From positions 16,125 through 80,124 of the forward strand of contig JANXYP010000200.1 of assembly GCA_025355955.1 (NCBI GenBank): a stretch of DNA of 64,000 bases, read 5' to 3'. This DNA is from Chloroflexota bacterium. Its GTDB lineage: Bacteria > Chloroflexota > Chloroflexia > QHBQ01. Below the pieces are notes generated by a model. The model searched no databases, was not told where the DNA came from, and saw nothing but the letters and a program-made list of their open reading frames with translations. The position numbers were made by a program, and so were the translations under genes. Below are positions 47,577 to 59,070 of the stretch, piece by piece; within the stretch, counting starts at the first letter, position 1, and every line of letters begins with the position of its first letter.

Positions 47577-50500
47577 TTAATCGCGCTCATCATAGGGTTC
47601 GACGCGCTGGGCCCGCTGGGGAATGGGTGCGATGTCAGGGTTGGCGGGATCCTCGTCGCGGCCACGGCGCAGGTCGCTAGGGCCATTACGTCGCCTCCCA
47701 TTGCGGGCTGGCTTGTTCTCAACAACCGCCGCCTCGCTGGTCGCGGCGGGTGCTACAGTCGGGGTTTCGCTTGAAGCTTGCGCTTCAGGCTGGTTGGCTG
47801 GCTTACGATTACGGTTGCGGGCAGGTTGGGGCCGGGTGGGGGTGGCAGCGGTTGCGGTCTCCGTTGACGCTGGTTGCGCTTCGGGCTGGGCTTTGGGCTG
47901 CGACGGACGACGGTTGCGGCTGGGCTTCTGGCGCTGGGGCGTTTCGGGGGCAATGGATTGCGCCCCTACGGTAGCGTCTGATTCGGGAACGGTGGTTGGT
48001 TCGGGTTGGATCGCTTCGGTTGCGCTAGTTGGTTCGGTGGTAGCTGCATCGGTTGCGCTAGTTGGTTCGGTGGCAGTTGCAGCGGGTTGGCGCTTGCCAC
48101 TACCGCGTCCACCGCGACCACGGCTGCGCTGCTCTGGATCCAGGGCGACCCCCCAGGCGGCGCGGGCTTCGGACAACGGTGGAGTGGTGCCATCATCGCT
48201 AACCACCGCCGCTTCCGGCACGTCGCCGCTGTCAAGCACCACGATGAAATCGCTAATCTCCTCCGGCAGCAGGTAGGTGGGCGGCTCGAACCCGGCTAGC
48301 CCTTCGCTGAGGGTCGCCTCATCAGCAGCGCGGTGGGCTGATACCATCTCTGGCACCAGGATCGCCTCATCGAACACTGAAGCAGGCAGCAGCGTCTCAT
48401 CGAGCGGGGCGGTCTGTTCGCGGCGGCGCGGGGTAGCGGGGTAGGCAAGGTGTTCGTGGCCGTGCGCGGTCAGGGCCATGGCCCGCTCGTGGGGGTCATC
48501 CATGCGGTTGAAGTGCTGCTCAATCTGGTCGGCGAAGTCGCTGATATTGCTAAGGGTGGCGGGGTCGTAGAGCATCGCACTCTGGGTCTCTGCCGCAACC
48601 TCGCGGTTGCCGCTCTCTGCTGCGGCCGGTTGCTCGGCGTAAGCGGTTTCATCCTCGTTCTCTACAGTTGGGGTGGTGGAGGTGAAGGCCAGCCAGGGGC
48701 CGTGCAACCCCTCTTCAGTTACGCCGTAATAAGCGTGGAAATTGCCAGCAGCATCGCGCTGGGCCAGGTCGTAGCGGCGCACATCGGCACGGATGGTGCT
48801 GCGCCAAAGGCCAACATCGCCCAGCCAGGTCACATCTTCAGGGCGCGGCTCGTTGTGTTCGCGCTGAGTGATGGCGTAGCGCCACAGGCGGCGGGCGGAG
48901 TGGCGGCTGACGTGATGCACCAGGTTTCCGTTACGCAAATCCTTCATCGTATGATAGATGGTGCCATCACGCTCTTCGCTGGCGACAATCTCCACGCCGG
49001 TGTGGGGTGGGTCAGTGATGCTGTCGGGGCTGGTGGTTTCGACCTCTACGCCAATAGGTTCGTCCACTTCTATGCTGCTCGGCTCATCGGTAACGAGCGC
49101 GGCGGTAGCAGCCTCGGCAGATTGGCCGGGGCTGCGCCCACGCTTACGGCGAGGGCGATGATGTGCGCCGCTTGCCTGTTCCTCGCCAATCGCGCTCTGG
49201 CGATGCTCTTCTGGATGTACGCCCCCGCTGTTGTCCGGCTCGGCTGCAATAGTGGCAGCGGCAATGCTGGGGGCAGCCAGTGCGACCAGCGCGGGTTCAA
49301 CCTGGGGCGCGGGCTGGCGCAAGCTGGTGGGCGGGCTGGCAACTGCATCAACCAACTGGCTGGCGGCGATTTGCGGCTGGGGCAGGCTGGCGGGTTGCTC
49401 CTCGCGGGGCGCGATAACGAGGCGCTCCCGCCGGGGGAAGCGACGCTCATCGCGCTCACCGCTCTGCGGTTGCTGGGTCTGTGGCTGCTGGATTTGCGCC
49501 GGGCGCGGGGCAAAGATAGTCTCACCTGCGCCGCCGGTTATCACCTCACGCATCAGTTGCACGATCTCGTCGCGCATCGCCAGATTGGTCTCGCTCTCCT
49601 GGCGGATGTAGATCTGGCTGCCTTCCAGGGCGTAGGGGCGGTCGCTGCCCTTCGGTACGTTGACCAGCACCACAGATTTGCCTTCGCTGGTGCGTAGATC
49701 CATAGTCAGGTTGAGCGCGGGGGTGATATTGCGCTGGATGTCGCCGCGCAGCACATCTATCGCCTCGGCGGGGTTGTCTACCCCACGCAATGGCAGGCTG
49801 GACAGGGGCGGCACGCCGAGGAAGATGGTGCCACCGTTGGTGTTGGCGAAGGCCACCACATCGCGGAGGATGTGGTGGCTGCTGGTACGGCGCATCGGCA
49901 GGCGGTCGTGGAACGCCTGCACCTGGTTGGGGCCAACGGTGCGGGCGGCCTTGACTGCATCGAACGGCGCTTCGCTGATCTGGCGGCTGGGGCGCACGCG
50001 GTCGAAATCGCTGCTGAACAACAGCCCCTTGAGCGCGGCGAAGCTCTGCTCCGGCAGCAGCACGTCGGTGGTGCGGTCGCCCATGCCGGGCAAACGTTGC
50101 TTCTCGTCGCGGTAGATAAGGTGGCTGTCGCTGCTCTGGATGCAGTGCATACGGCGAGGGTATTCCGGCTTGCTGCCGTTGAAGAAGTTGGGAGTGCTGC
50201 GGCGGCTGATGCTCTCCAGGTCGGTGACTTCGAGGGCGGCGAGGTTGGGGTCCTGGGTGTAGGCGATCTTGGTCTGGCCGCCGAAGTTGAAGCCGTTCAT
50301 CACGATGCCATTGGAGGAGTTAGCGTGCGCGCCGATGCAGATGCCGCCCTCGGCGGCCACGGTGCGGTAGACGTTCAGCACATCGGTGGTCGCGCCCACT
50401 TCGGGGCTGCCCAACAACATCTTTTCTTCGGTGATACCCATGCTCATCAGCAGGTATTCCAGCCGTCGCAAGCTGGTGGTGGGCGGGAAAATGCAGGTGA

Positions 50501-51653
50501 TGTGGAATCCGAAGGTGGCGCTGAACTCGAAGCCGGGCAGCACCAGTATCTTGCTGAAGATACGGCGATACTCCTCCAGTCGGTAGCGTTCGTCGGCAGT
50601 GAGGCGACCCTCGCGCTCCATCTGCTCGACGTGGGCGCGGTCGCGCATCAGATCGTCGTAGCCCGCCACGGTGTTGTGGTCGGTGAAGGCCATGATGTCT
50701 ACATGGCGTTCCTCAGCTTTCTGCAGGATACGCAGATAGCTGACGTTTGGTTCGCGGTAGCAGACGGTGCTGCGCGGGGTGTGACAGTGCAGGTCCATGC
50801 GATACCAGTACATCCCTGGGTGCATCAGCTCGACGGCGCGACGCTGCTCCTGCTCCAGCCTGAGTTCAGCGGCGGTGTAGGTGCGCGGCTCGGCGCTGGT
50901 CTCCTCCTCACCGTTGCGCCCATAGCTGCGTTCGCCGGGGCGGCGCGGGCTAATCCGTTCGCCGGGCAGGGTACGCATAGTGGGGTTGCTGTGGCTGGTA
51001 ACCGCGCGGTGGATGCGATGCTCCGGCTCGGCAGTGGGGGGGGTGCTGCGCTCTGCAGTCGAGGTTGGGGCAGCTTCTGGTGCCTGCGGGCGGGGGGTAG
51101 AGTGCGTCGCACGGGCAGGCCGGGGAGTGATGCGCTCTGGCGCAGACGCGGGCCTGGGGGTGATGCGCTCCGGCGCGGGGGTCGCTTTGGGGGTGATGCG
51201 CTCTGCTTGCGCGGGGGTCGCTTTGGGGGTAATCCGCTCTGCTTGCGCGGCGGTCGCTTTGGGAGTGATGCGCTCGGCTGGCAGTTGGCTGCTCGAGGTC
51301 GGCGCGGCGGCAATCGGCGCGACGGCAGCGGTGCTACGCTCCGGCGGCGATTGATTGCTGCTTGGTGCGGCGGGGGCGGGCGCGGGTTGGGTTAGTGTAG
51401 TGATGGGCGCGGCGGGGGCGGCTGCGCTGCCACTGGCAGCAGTAGCTGCAGCGGCGCGGGCGGCGCGTTCTGCCGCCCGCTGGGCACGCAGGTCGCGGGC
51501 AGCGCGGGTGGCGGTGGTCTCACTGACGTTGCCAGGGTCATTATTTTCCGCACTGGGGCGGGCGGTAATCTTCTCGGCGGGCAGGCTGGTTGGCGCTGCT
51601 GGGGTGGCCGCGCTACGGCGGGGGGGTCGTTTGCTCTTATCGTTGGTAGCCAT
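47577..51653 (-). CDS. Large (1358-aa) protein: Pro/Ala/Thr-rich N-terminus with [12 protein letters not shown] tandem repeats, PHP phosphoesterase domain (MDLHCHT…[10 protein letters not shown]), AlbA_2 / Schlafen-like DNA-binding domain ([20 protein letters not shown]), further low-complexity regions and a conserved C-terminal domain
   Basis: Single uninterrupted reading frame. Domain calls are from hallmark motifs only. The in-frame 36-nt repeats at ~50980..51350 are visible at the DNA level. Confidence 0.55.
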   Translation of the reverse strand: MATNDKSKRPPRRSAATPAAPTSLPAEKITARPSAENNDPGNVSETTATRAARDLRAQRAAERAARAAAATAASGSAAAPAAPITTLTQPAPAPAAPSSNQSPPERSTAAVAPIAAAPTSSSQLPAERITPKATAAQAERITPKATPAQAERITPKATPAPERITPRPASAPERITPRPARATHSTPRPQAPEAAPTSTAERSTPPTAEPEHRIHRAVTSHSNPTMRTLPGERISPRRPGERSYGRNGEEETSAEPRTYTAAELRLEQEQRRAVELMHPGMYWYRMDLHCHTPRSTVCYREPNVSYLRILQKAEERHVDIMAFTDHNTVAGYDDLMRDRAHVEQMEREGRLTADERYRLEEYRRIFSKILVLPGFEFSATFGFHITCIFPPTTSLRRLEYLLMSMGITEEKMLLGSPEVGATTDVLNVYRTVAAEGGICIGAHANSSNGIVMNGFNFGGQTKIAYTQDPNLAALEVTDLESISRRSTPNFFNGSKPEYPRRMHCIQSSDSHLIYRDEKQRLPGMGDRTTDVLLPEQSFAALKGLLFSSDFDRVRPSRQISEAPFDAVKAARTVGPNQVQAFHDRLPMRRTSSHHILRDVVAFANTNGGTIFLGVPPLSSLPLRGVDNPAEAIDVLRGDIQRNITPALNLTMDLRTSEGKSVVLVNVPKGSDRPYALEGSQIYIRQESETNLAMRDEIVQLMREVITGGAGETIFAPRPAQIQQPQTQQPQSGERDERRFPRRERLVIAPREEQPASLPQPQIAASQLVDAVASPPTSLRQPAPQVEPALVALAAPSIAAATIAAEPDNSGGVHPEEHRQSAIGEEQASGAHHRPRRKRGRSPGQSAEAATAALVTDEPSSIEVDEPIGVEVETTSPDSITDPPHTGVEIVASEERDGTIYHTMKDLRNGNLVHHVSRHSARRLWRYAITQREHNEPRPEDVTWLGDVGLWRSTIRADVRRYDLAQRDAAGNFHAYYGVTEEGLHGPWLAFTSTTPTVENEDETAYAEQPAAAESGNREVAAETQSAMLYDPATLSNISDFADQIEQHFNRMDDPHERAMALTAHGHEHLAYPATPRRREQTAPLDETLLPASVFDEAILVPEMVSAHRAADEATLSEGLAGFEPPTYLLPEEISDFIVVLDSGDVPEAAVVSDDGTTPPLSEARAAWGVALDPEQRSRGRGGRGSGKRQPAATATEPTSATDAATTEPTSATEAIQPEPTTVPESDATVGAQSIAPETPQRQKPSRNRRPSQPKAQPEAQPASTETATAATPTRPQPARNRNRKPANQPEAQASSETPTVAPAATSEAAVVENKPARNGRRRNGPSDLRRGRDEDPANPDIAPIPQRAQRVEPYDERD

Positions 51654-51867
51654 GTACTGGTTGTTCTCTCTTTGGTAGTCACACCACGCGGGCGTTGCGG
51701 CCAGGTAAAGGCGCTGCGCTGATTCGCGCCGCTGCTAATGTTAGCAAAAGCGCGGGCGGGGCAGCAAGCTGGCTGTCTTAATCGCTGCGGGGCGGTAGGT
51801 TGTTAATTGTCGGTAGCGCATGAGGCCGATGGTGCGAAATCGCGTTTACCAGCGGCGGGTGGCGCGG

Positions 51868-54366
51868 TCAAACGGCGGGCTGGTCGGGCAGGCTGGGCAG
51901 CGCATCGATTGTTTCGATGGGCGGCGCGGGTTCAGCTTGCGGTACAACCTCGTCCTGGGGTGCGGCCTCGCTAGCAGCGGGCAGCAAGTCATCGGTTACT
52001 ACCTGCTCATCAGCCGCCATCACTAGCGGGCGCTCTAGCGCGGCAGCGATCACCTCGTCCATGTTTGCCACCCAGAGGAACTCAAGCTCCTGCCGCACGC
52101 GGGCGGGGATTTCGATCAGGTCGCGCTGATTCTCCTTGGGGGCGATGATGCGCTTGATGCCGTTGCGGTGGGCGGCCAGCACTTTCTCCTTGAGGCCGCC
52201 AATCGCCAGCACTCGCCCACGTAGGGTAATCTCGCCGGTCATCGCGGTGTCGGCTCGCACCGGCTGCTGGGTCAACGCGCTGATTACTGCGGTCGCCATG
52301 GTGATGCCTGCGCTCGGCCCATCCTTGGGGATAGCCCCTTCCGGCAGGTGGATGTGCAGGTCGGTGGTGGCCTGGAAGTCGGGGTCTATGTGCAACTGTA
52401 CGGCCCGACTGCGAGCGTAACTGAGCGCCGCCCGTGCCGACTCCTGCATCACATCGCCCAACCGCCCGGTGATGGTCAGGCTGCCTCGCCCCGGCATGGT
52501 AGCGACTTCCACTGGCAGCACTTCGCCGCCCACTTCAGTCCAGGCCAGGCCGGTCACTACGCCAACCTGGTTTAGCTTGCTCAGGCTACTGTCTGCGTTG
52601 TAGCGGGCGGGGCCGAGGTAGCTCTCCAGATTGTTGAGGGTGATACGCACCCGCGTGCTACGCCCGCCCACCAGTTGCCGCGCCGCCTTGCGGCAGATTG
52701 CCGCCAGCTTGCGCTCCAGGTCGCGTACGCCCGCCTCGCGGGTGTACTGCTGGATGATGGCACGGTACACCTTGTCCGGTATCTCGATGTAGCCGCGGGC
52801 CAGGCCATGCCCCTCCAACTCGCGGGCAAGCAGGTAACGGCGGGCGATCTGCACCTTTTCATCCTCGGTGTAGCCGCTCAGTTCGATTATCTCCATCCGA
52901 TCGCGCAGCGGCTTGGGGATGTTGCCAAGATAGTTGGCGGTAGTGATGAACAGTGTCTGCGACAGGTCGAATGGCAGGTCGATGTAATGGTCTACGAAGG
53001 TGCCGTTCTGGGCCGGGTCGAGAACTTCGAGCAGCGCCGAGGTGGGATCGCCGCGCTGGTCGCTGGTCAGCTTGTCAATCTCGTCGAGCAGCATCACCGG
53101 GTTGCGCGAACCGCCCTGCTTGATGCCCTGGATGATGCGCCCCGGCATAGCGCCGACATAGGTGCGGCGATGACCGCGTATCTCCGCCTCGTCGTGTATG
53201 CCGCCGAGCGAGATGCGGACGAACTTGCGGCTCATTGCCCGCGCAATGCTCTGACCCAGGCTGGTCTTGCCCACCCCCGGTGGGCCAGCGAAGCATAGCA
53301 CCTGGGCCATGGTCTTGTGGCCGCCACCCCGCGCCACCAGTTGGCGCACCGCTAGAAACTCGATGATGCGCTCCTTAATGCGCTCCAGCCCGTAGTGATC
53401 GGCATCTAGCACTTCCTCGGCGATAAGGATGTCGTCGCAGTCCTCAGTCTGCTCAGTCCAGGGTAGAGACAAGAGCCAATCTATGTAGGTGCGAGCCACG
53501 CTAGCCTCCGGCGCGGCAGCGGTCATGCGCTCCAGGCGACTCAGTTCCTTGAGTAGCTTGGCGTTGATTTCCTCCGGTAGGTTGCGCTCGACGACTTTCT
53601 GGCGCAGTTCGGCAATCTCATTGCCGCCTTCACCGGATAGCTCGTCGTGGATGGCCTTCAGTTGTTCGCGCAGGTAAAACTCGCGCTGGTTCTTGTCAAT
53701 CTGGCTACGCACTTTGGCGCGGATGCGCTCGTCGATCTGCAAGACATCGAGTTCGCCTGCGATGATCACGCCAACCCGCTCCAACCGCACAATCTGGTCG
53801 GTTAGCACCAGCAGTTGCTGGCGCTGCGCCGCGTCGCTAACTACGTGAGCGGCCACCACATCGGCAAGCTGACCTGCGTCGCTAATGTGGCGAGCGGTAT
53901 CCAGCACATCGGCTGGTACCCGCTGGTTTAGCCGCCCGAAGTCGGTGAACAGCCCTAGCACGTGACGAATCAACGCCTCGCTGGCTGCACCCTCGCTGCC
54001 CTGCTCGGCCATCGCTGCCACCTCGACATCATAAAGCCAGTCGGTTGCGATGTATCGCATGACTCGAACGCGGCGCAGCCCCTCGACAATAACCTGGTAG
54101 TTACCGTCGGGTTGACGCTGATAGCTGGTCACTTCGATGAGCGTGCCGACTTCGTAGAGGTCGTCGGGGATTGGCTCTTCGCTGCTGGTGTTGCGCTGGG
54201 TCATCACCACCAGACGCTTGTTGTCGGCGAGGGCGTGTTCCAATGCCCGCAGTGAGCGCGGACGACCAACCATCAGGGTGACAATGGTGTGGGGGAAGAT
54301 GACGACATTTTTGAGCGGCAACAGAGGATAGGCATCGTAGCCTGGGTCTGGGGTGGTATCGTTCAT
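51868..54366 (-). CDS. lon: ATP-dependent Lon protease (endopeptidase La)
   Basis: The ORF track starts at 54453. ATG at 54366 ([26 protein letters not shown]…) matches the Lon N-terminus. AAA+ Walker [11 protein letters not shown]16 protease motif PKDGPSAG. Confidence 0.85.
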   Translation of the reverse strand: MNDTTPDPGYDAYPLLPLKNVVIFPHTIVTLMVGRPRSLRALEHALADNKRLVVMTQRNTSSEEPIPDDLYEVGTLIEVTSYQRQPDGNYQVIVEGLRRVRVMRYIATDWLYDVEVAAMAEQGSEGAASEALIRHVLGLFTDFGRLNQRVPADVLDTARHISDAGQLADVVAAHVVSDAAQRQQLLVLTDQIVRLERVGVIIAGELDVLQIDERIRAKVRSQIDKNQREFYLREQLKAIHDELSGEGGNEIAELRQKVVERNLPEEINAKLLKELSRLERMTAAAPEASVARTYIDWLLSLPWTEQTEDCDDILIAEEVLDADHYGLERIKERIIEFLAVRQLVARGGGHKTMAQVLCFAGPPGVGKTSLGQSIARAMSRKFVRISLGGIHDEAEIRGHRRTYVGAMPGRIIQGIKQGGSRNPVMLLDEIDKLTSDQRGDPTSALLEVLDPAQNGTFVDHYIDLPFDLSQTLFITTANYLGNIPKPLRDRMEIIELSGYTEDEKVQIARRYLLARELEGHGLARGYIEIPDKVYRAIIQQYTREAGVRDLERKLAAICRKAARQLVGGRSTRVRITLNNLESYLGPARYNADSSLSKLNQVGVVTGLAWTEVGGEVLPVEVATMPGRGSLTITGRLGDVMQESARAALSYARSRAVQLHIDPDFQATTDLHIHLPEGAIPKDGPSAGITMATAVISALTQQPVRADTAMTGEITLRGRVLAIGGLKEKVLAAHRNGIKRIIAPKENQRDLIEIPARVRQELEFLWVANMDEVIAAALERPLVMAADEQVVTDDLLPAASEAAPQDEVVPQAEPAPPIETIDALPSLPDQPAV

Positions 54367-54488
54367 GGCCTTATCATCGTTCAAGGAAATCGTCTTTCCA
54401 GCTCCTGCAAGTCTGCAACCGTCTACGCTTGCCTGTAAAGGATTATAACACATATATCCTACATAGGCAAGCGGTTATACAAATCGCA

Positions 54489-55790
54489 TCATTTGGCCGG
54501 GTGCATCAGCGTAGCGTAGGTGATGCGATAGACCGTGCCGTCGCCGTTATCACGGCTGACGTAGAGCGCACCGTCGGGGCCGACCGCCAGGCCAGCGGGC
54601 CGCCAGATGGCATCGGGTGGGGGGAAACTGGAGGGCAACGCGCCAACCGCAAGGTCGATGGTGGGCGGATTCCAGTGGTGGCCGGAGTGGGAGGCAAAGG
54701 CGGGAATGTAGACCACCTTGTAGCCAGTCGGTACGGTGCGATTGTAGGAGCCGTGGAAGGCAACGAAGAAGCCTTGCTTCCAACTGTCGGGGAAGGCCAC
54801 GTTGGTGTTCTGCGAGAAGGCCAGGCCGAGCGGCGCGCTGTGCGCCTGCATCATTACCACCGGCTGCACCATCCCGCTCGAGCAGTAATCGGGGCGTGGC
54901 GGAGAAACACGGGGATCGGGAGTGCCATCACCATAGCAGTAGGGCCAGCCGTAGTATTGATGCTCTTGTATCAGATTGACCTCTTCGGGCGGCGCATTGT
55001 CGCTCAGGTCATCGGCACCATTCTCCACTGACCATAGTTCGCTGGTGCCGGGGCGGAAGGCAAGGCCGACATCGTTGCGTAGCCCGCTGGCGTAAGTCTC
55101 GAACTGGCCGTTGAAGAAGCGAGATATCGCGGCGCGACGGGGGTCGGTTTCGATGCAGACATTGCACGACGCGCCGATTGAGATGTACATCGCGCCGTCC
55201 GGTCCGTGGATCAGCGTGCGGGTGTAGTGGCCGCCACCGGAGGGCAACCCGCTGACCAAAGTCGTCGGGTTGGAGGGACCGCTGTCGCAGGTGGCCTGAT
55301 CGAAGCGGTCGACCTCGGTGCGCGAGGCGACGTAATATTGGCCGTTATAATACTCGATGCTGTTCACCGGGTCGGCCATGCCGGTGTTGAACTGGATCAC
55401 GCTGTCGGCCACGCCATCGTGGTTGCGATCGGGCAGGCGGGTGGTATAGGTAAACATACTACCGGCGAACAGGTCGCCACACGCGCCGAAGGTGAGCAGC
55501 CGCGCCGAGCCGAGGCCCGCCGCGAACACGCTGATGCCGAAACCAACCGGCATGGTAATCACCGTCGGCCCGTTGTAGACACTGCGATATTGCGGCGGCA
55601 CCACCACCGTCACCGCCTGCATCGGCGGCTGGGTAAAGGCCGCGTCCATCCCCGCCTGCCCCGCTGCGCCTGCATCCGCACCGGAGGTGGGGTTAGCGGC
55701 AGGCTGGCTCAAGTCGCAAGCCTGGATCAACAGCAAGCAGGTGCAGGCGACGGATGCAAGAGCGGCAAGTCTGAAGCGGCGGTAGGACAT
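54489..55790 (-). CDS. PQQ-dependent sugar (glucose/sorbosone) dehydrogenase-family beta-propeller, lipoprotein
   Basis: ATG at 55790 with GGAGG 6 nt upstream gives MSYRRFRLAALASVACTCLLLIQACD. Motifs HGPDGAMYISIG and LRNDVGLAFRPGTSELW are typical of soluble quinoprotein dehydrogenases. Confidence 0.6.
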   Translation of the reverse strand: MSYRRFRLAALASVACTCLLLIQACDLSQPAANPTSGADAGAAGQAGMDAAFTQPPMQAVTVVVPPQYRSVYNGPTVITMPVGFGISVFAAGLGSARLLTFGACGDLFAGSMFTYTTRLPDRNHDGVADSVIQFNTGMADPVNSIEYYNGQYYVASRTEVDRFDQATCDSGPSNPTTLVSGLPSGGGHYTRTLIHGPDGAMYISIGASCNVCIETDPRRAAISRFFNGQFETYASGLRNDVGLAFRPGTSELWSVENGADDLSDNAPPEEVNLIQEHQYYGWPYCYGDGTPDPRVSPPRPDYCSSGMVQPVVMMQAHSAPLGLAFSQNTNVAFPDSWKQGFFVAFHGSYNRTVPTGYKVVYIPAFASHSGHHWNPPTIDLAVGALPSSFPPPDAIWRPAGLAVGPDGALYVSRDNGDGTVYRITYATLMHPAK

Positions 55791-55925
55791 GACGGACCTC
55801 CGAGAAGGTAGCAGGTAGTGGGTAGAAGGTAGAATGTGGTGGCTGGCTGGTGAAGTATCGATGCCTCTATTATAGCGACAAGTGGGGGTGTGGGCAAGAG
55901 GGTGCAATCCATCAAGCTCTTTGCT

Positions 55926-55955
55926 TGACAAACGGGTACGCAGTTTGCTATAACA
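55926..55955 (+). promoter_or_regulatory. Candidate sigma70-type promoter TTGACA, 18 nt, TATAAC upstream of hppD
   Basis: cttgacaaacgggtacgcagtttgctataacat. By inspection only. Confidence 0.35.
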
Positions 55956-56042
55956 TATGTGAGAGTGCAGGCGCGCTGAATCCGCGCCGCTACAAAGCAG
56001 GCTTATCCAACGCGACAGATATAGCATGACCAATCACGCCAC

Positions 56043-56084
56043 AATCCGAAATCCAAAATCCGAAATCCAAAATCGAAAGATCGG
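56043..56084. repeat. Heptamer tandem repeat (aatccga/aatccaa)x6 in the hppD 5' leader
   Basis: aatccgaaatccaaaatccgaaatccaaaatcgaaagatcgg, ending 12 nt before the hppD ATG. Confidence 0.85.
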
Positions 56085-56095
56085 AGAACACATCA

Positions 56096-57238
56096 ATGGC
56101 GATGACAATACCGCGCCCCCTTAGCAGGAAGGAACGCCGCGCCGAGCAGGAGGATTTCTTCCCCATTCAGCGCCTCGATTACGTTGAGTTCTATGTGGGC
56201 AACGCCCGCCAGGCGGTTCACTATTATCAGAGCGGCTTCGGCTTCAACCTGATCGGCTATCTAGGCCCCGAAACAGGCGTGCGCGACCGCAGCAGCTACC
56301 TGTTGGAGCAGGGTCAGATTCGCTTCATCTTCACCACCCCCCTCTTCCCTGAAGGGCCAATTGCCGAACACATTCACAAACACGGCGACGGCGTGCGCGA
56401 CATCGCCTTCCAGGTGCCAGATGCGGCCAGCGCCTATGCGGCAGCCACCGAGCGTGGCGCAGCTTCGGAAGCGGAGCCGACCACTGTGCGCGACAACAAT
56501 GGCAGCTTCACCCGCGCCGCCATCCGCGCCTACGGCGATACCATCCACAGTATCATCCAGCGCAACGACTATCATCCCCACTTCCTGCCCGGCTTCCGCC
56601 CCGCCCATGATACTTTTGAGATTAAGCCGACTGGCATCAAGGCGGTAGACCACATGGTTGCCAACGTCGAACTGGGCAAGATGGATGATTGGGTCAACTT
56701 CTACGCCAATATGCTCGGCTTCCAGAACACCCTTCACTTCGACGACAAGACCATCAACACCGAGTACAGCGCGCTGATGAGCAAAGTGATGGAAAACGGC
56801 AACGGGCGGGTCAAGTTCCCCATCAACGAACCAGCAGCGGGCCGCAAGAAGAGCCAGATCCAAGAATATCTCGACTACTACATCGGACCCGGCGTGCAGC
56901 ACATTGCCCTCGCCACCGCCGACATCGTTGCCACCGTGCGCGACATGACCAGTCGCGGCGTGGAGTTCATGCCCACCCCGCACAGCTACTACGAGGCACT
57001 ACCGGAGCGCATCGGTGAGATCAAAGAGAGCTACAACACCCTGGAAGAACTCAGCATCCTGGCAGATCGCGACGATGAGGGCTATCTGCTGCAGATCTTC
57101 ACCCGCCCGGTCGAGGATCGGCCCACTGTCTTCTACGAGATCATCGAGCGGCATGGCGCACGCGGCTTCGGCGCAGGCAACTTCAAGGCGCTGTTCGAAG
57201 CGATCGAGCGCGAACAAGAGGCACGCGGCAACCTTTAA
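56096..57238 (+). CDS. hppD: 4-hydroxyphenylpyruvate dioxygenase
   Basis: 380 aa, two VOC modules. C-terminal …QIFTRPVEDRPTVFYEIIERHGARGFGAGNFKALFEAIEREQ is characteristic of HPPD. Confidence 0.8.
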   Translation: MAMTIPRPLSRKERRAEQEDFFPIQRLDYVEFYVGNARQAVHYYQSGFGFNLIGYLGPETGVRDRSSYLLEQGQIRFIFTTPLFPEGPIAEHIHKHGDGVRDIAFQVPDAASAYAAATERGAASEAEPTTVRDNNGSFTRAAIRAYGDTIHSIIQRNDYHPHFLPGFRPAHDTFEIKPTGIKAVDHMVANVELGKMDDWVNFYANMLGFQNTLHFDDKTINTEYSALMSKVMENGNGRVKFPINEPAAGRKKSQIQEYLDYYIGPGVQHIALATADIVATVRDMTSRGVEFMPTPHSYYEALPERIGEIKESYNTLEELSILADRDDEGYLLQIFTRPVEDRPTVFYEIIERHGARGFGAGNFKALFEAIEREQEARGNL

Positions 57239-58305
57239 TGAAACTAGTTAGTTATACAGTAGATCTGCCCGGCACGTTTGGGCCGCAAGGCAAGCTGGCC
57301 GCACTGGTGACGTTGGGCGGTGAGCAGCGCTTGCTGCCGCTGGCTGCCCTGAGCAACTGGGCGATCCATAACGTCGCGCCCGATGAGCTGCGTGATCGTA
57401 GCATCGCCGCGTTCGCCCCGCCCGTTACCATGCTCGACCTGCTGGATCGCGGCTACGGCGTGACCATCGAGGGCCAGCCCGACCTGATGCCCGACTTCGA
57501 CCCCCTCGCTGATGTGCGCGCCCTGCTGGGGCTGCACGCCGACCTGTCCGCCAGCGACCCGACTCTCGCCCGCCAACTAACCATCGCGTCCGGCATGGTG
57601 CGGCTGCTAGCGCCACTGCCCCGCCCCCGCAGCGTGCGCGACTTCTACGCCTTCGAGCAGCACGTACGCACCGCCCGCGCCCAGCGGGGGCAGGAGGTCG
57701 CGGCGGAGTGGTATGAGATTCCGGTTTTTTACTTCTCCAACCACAACGCCATCATCGGACCGGAGCAGCCAGTGCATGGCCCGATTGATAGCGACGAGCT
57801 TGACTACGAGCTAGAAATCGCCTGCGTCATCGCCAGACCGGGGCGCGACATCGCCCCAGAAGATGCGGCTAGCTTCATCGCGGGCTACACCATCATGAAC
57901 GACTGGAGCGCCCGCGACCTGCAACGCCGTGAGATGCGCGTCGGCCTCGGTCCAGCCAAGGGCAAGGACTTCGCCACCAGCCTCGGCCCCATGCTGGTTA
58001 CGCCTGACGAACTGGAGTCGCGCAAGGTTGGCGACGGGATATATGACCTGGCAATGACCGCCCGCGTGAATGGCGAGGAGCGCAGTCGCGGCAACCTGAA
58101 GGACATCCACTACAGCTTCGCGCAGCTAATCGCCCAGGCTAGCCGCGATGCCTGGCTCTACCCCGGCGACGTAATCGGCAGCGGCACGGTTGGCACTGGC
58201 TGCTTGCTGGAACTGACCGCAGGCAAAGGGCCGTATCTGCAGTCCGGCGATCAGGTCGAGCTTGAGGTAGAGTGCCTCGGCACGCTACGCAATCAAGTAA
58301 CCTGA
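57238..58305 (+). CDS. Fumarylacetoacetate hydrolase (FAH) family protein
   Basis: 355 aa. ATG overlaps the hppD stop (TAATG). FAH-fold motifs (…GYTIMNDWSARDLQ…GPAKGKDFATSLGP…). Confidence 0.6.
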   Translation: MKLVSYTVDLPGTFGPQGKLAALVTLGGEQRLLPLAALSNWAIHNVAPDELRDRSIAAFAPPVTMLDLLDRGYGVTIEGQPDLMPDFDPLADVRALLGLHADLSASDPTLARQLTIASGMVRLLAPLPRPRSVRDFYAFEQHVRTARAQRGQEVAAEWYEIPVFYFSNHNAIIGPEQPVHGPIDSDELDYELEIACVIARPGRDIAPEDAASFIAGYTIMNDWSARDLQRREMRVGLGPAKGKDFATSLGPMLVTPDELESRKVGDGIYDLAMTARVNGEERSRGNLKDIHYSFAQLIAQASRDAWLYPGDVIGSGTVGTGCLLELTAGKGPYLQSGDQVELEVECLGTLRNQVT

Positions 58306-58329
58306 CACCCATATACCTGAAAGTTGGGG

Positions 58330-58440
58330 TGAGCGTTGGGTGCCAACGCAGGAATAATGCAAAAAGCCCCCAGCGGGGGTTGGGGGAATGCCACCTCGCC
58401 GCAAAAAGCCCCCAGTGGGGGTTGGGGGAGAAATCCCGAA
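58330..58440. repeat. Two tandem ~45-55-bp family-4 repeats containing the hairpin cccccagcggggg / gggggttggggg
   Basis: caaaaagcccccagcgggggttgggggaatgcc… caaaaagcccccagtgggggttgggggagaaatc… The same family occurs in inverse orientation at 62500..62640. Confidence 0.7.
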
Positions 58441-58462
58441 GCTACAACCACGCTCATTGTAA

Positions 58463-58556
58463 TACCAATTAGCCGAGCAGATGGTATAAATTGGGCCAGG
58501 GCGAACAACGGTTCGCCCCTACAGAAATTATAGCGTCACCAAGGCTAATTGGTATA
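58463..58556. mobile_element. MITE-like element family 1
   Basis: ataccaattagccgagcagatggtataaattgggccagggcgaacaacggttcgcccctacagaaattatagcgtcaccaaggctaattggtat. Confidence 0.75.
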
Positions 58557-58579
58557 ACTATTTACCCAGAGACGCGAAC

Positions 58580-59059
58580 ATGACCGCCATCGCAATTCAA
58601 ACTACCATCCGTCCCGCCCGCCCCGATGAGGCAGCATACCTTACCGAACTAACGATGCGCTCCAAAGCGCACTGGGGCTACGATGCCGACTTCCTGGCCG
58701 CCTGCCGCCCCGGCCTAACTATAACGGCGGACTACATCGCTAGCCACCCTGTCTACGTTGCCGATGACGATGGCACAATAATTGGCTTTTATAGTCTAGC
58801 CGAGGAGATACCAGGTCAGCAGGTCGAGCTAGACTTCCTGTTCATCGCGCCAGAGGCAATCGGCAAAGGAGCGGGCAAGCGGCTCTGGCAGCACGCTGTC
58901 ACCAACGCCCGTCGACATGGCTACTGCCTGATGAGCATCGTTGCCGACCCCAATGCCGAAGCGTTCTATCGGCACATGGGCGCGGTAACAGTAGGCGTGG
59001 TGCTGTCGGAGGCCAAAGTAGGGCGCACACTGCCGCTGCTGCACTTCTCATTGTTATAA
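58580..59059 (+). CDS. GNAT-family N-acetyltransferase
   Basis: 159 aa. Acetyl-CoA-binding motif A-like IGKGAGKRLW. Confidence 0.6.
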   Translation: MTAIAIQTTIRPARPDEAAYLTELTMRSKAHWGYDADFLAACRPGLTITADYIASHPVYVADDDGTIIGFYSLAEEIPGQQVELDFLFIAPEAIGKGAGKRLWQHAVTNARRHGYCLMSIVADPNAEAFYRHMGAVTVGVVLSEAKVGRTLPLLHFSLL

Positions 59060-59070
59060 GGGGGGTTATA

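Noticed and set aside
54367-56033. Longer ORF-track starts for lon (54453) and the PQQ dehydrogenase (56033); likewise 37707 for the binding protein and 12734 for the PNP-family gene
   Set aside because: Internal ATG/GTG starts give canonical N-termini (Lon MNDTTPD…, lipoprotein signal peptides with GGAGG/AGGAGG ribosome-binding sites). The upstream extensions lack ribosome-binding sites and conserved sequence.
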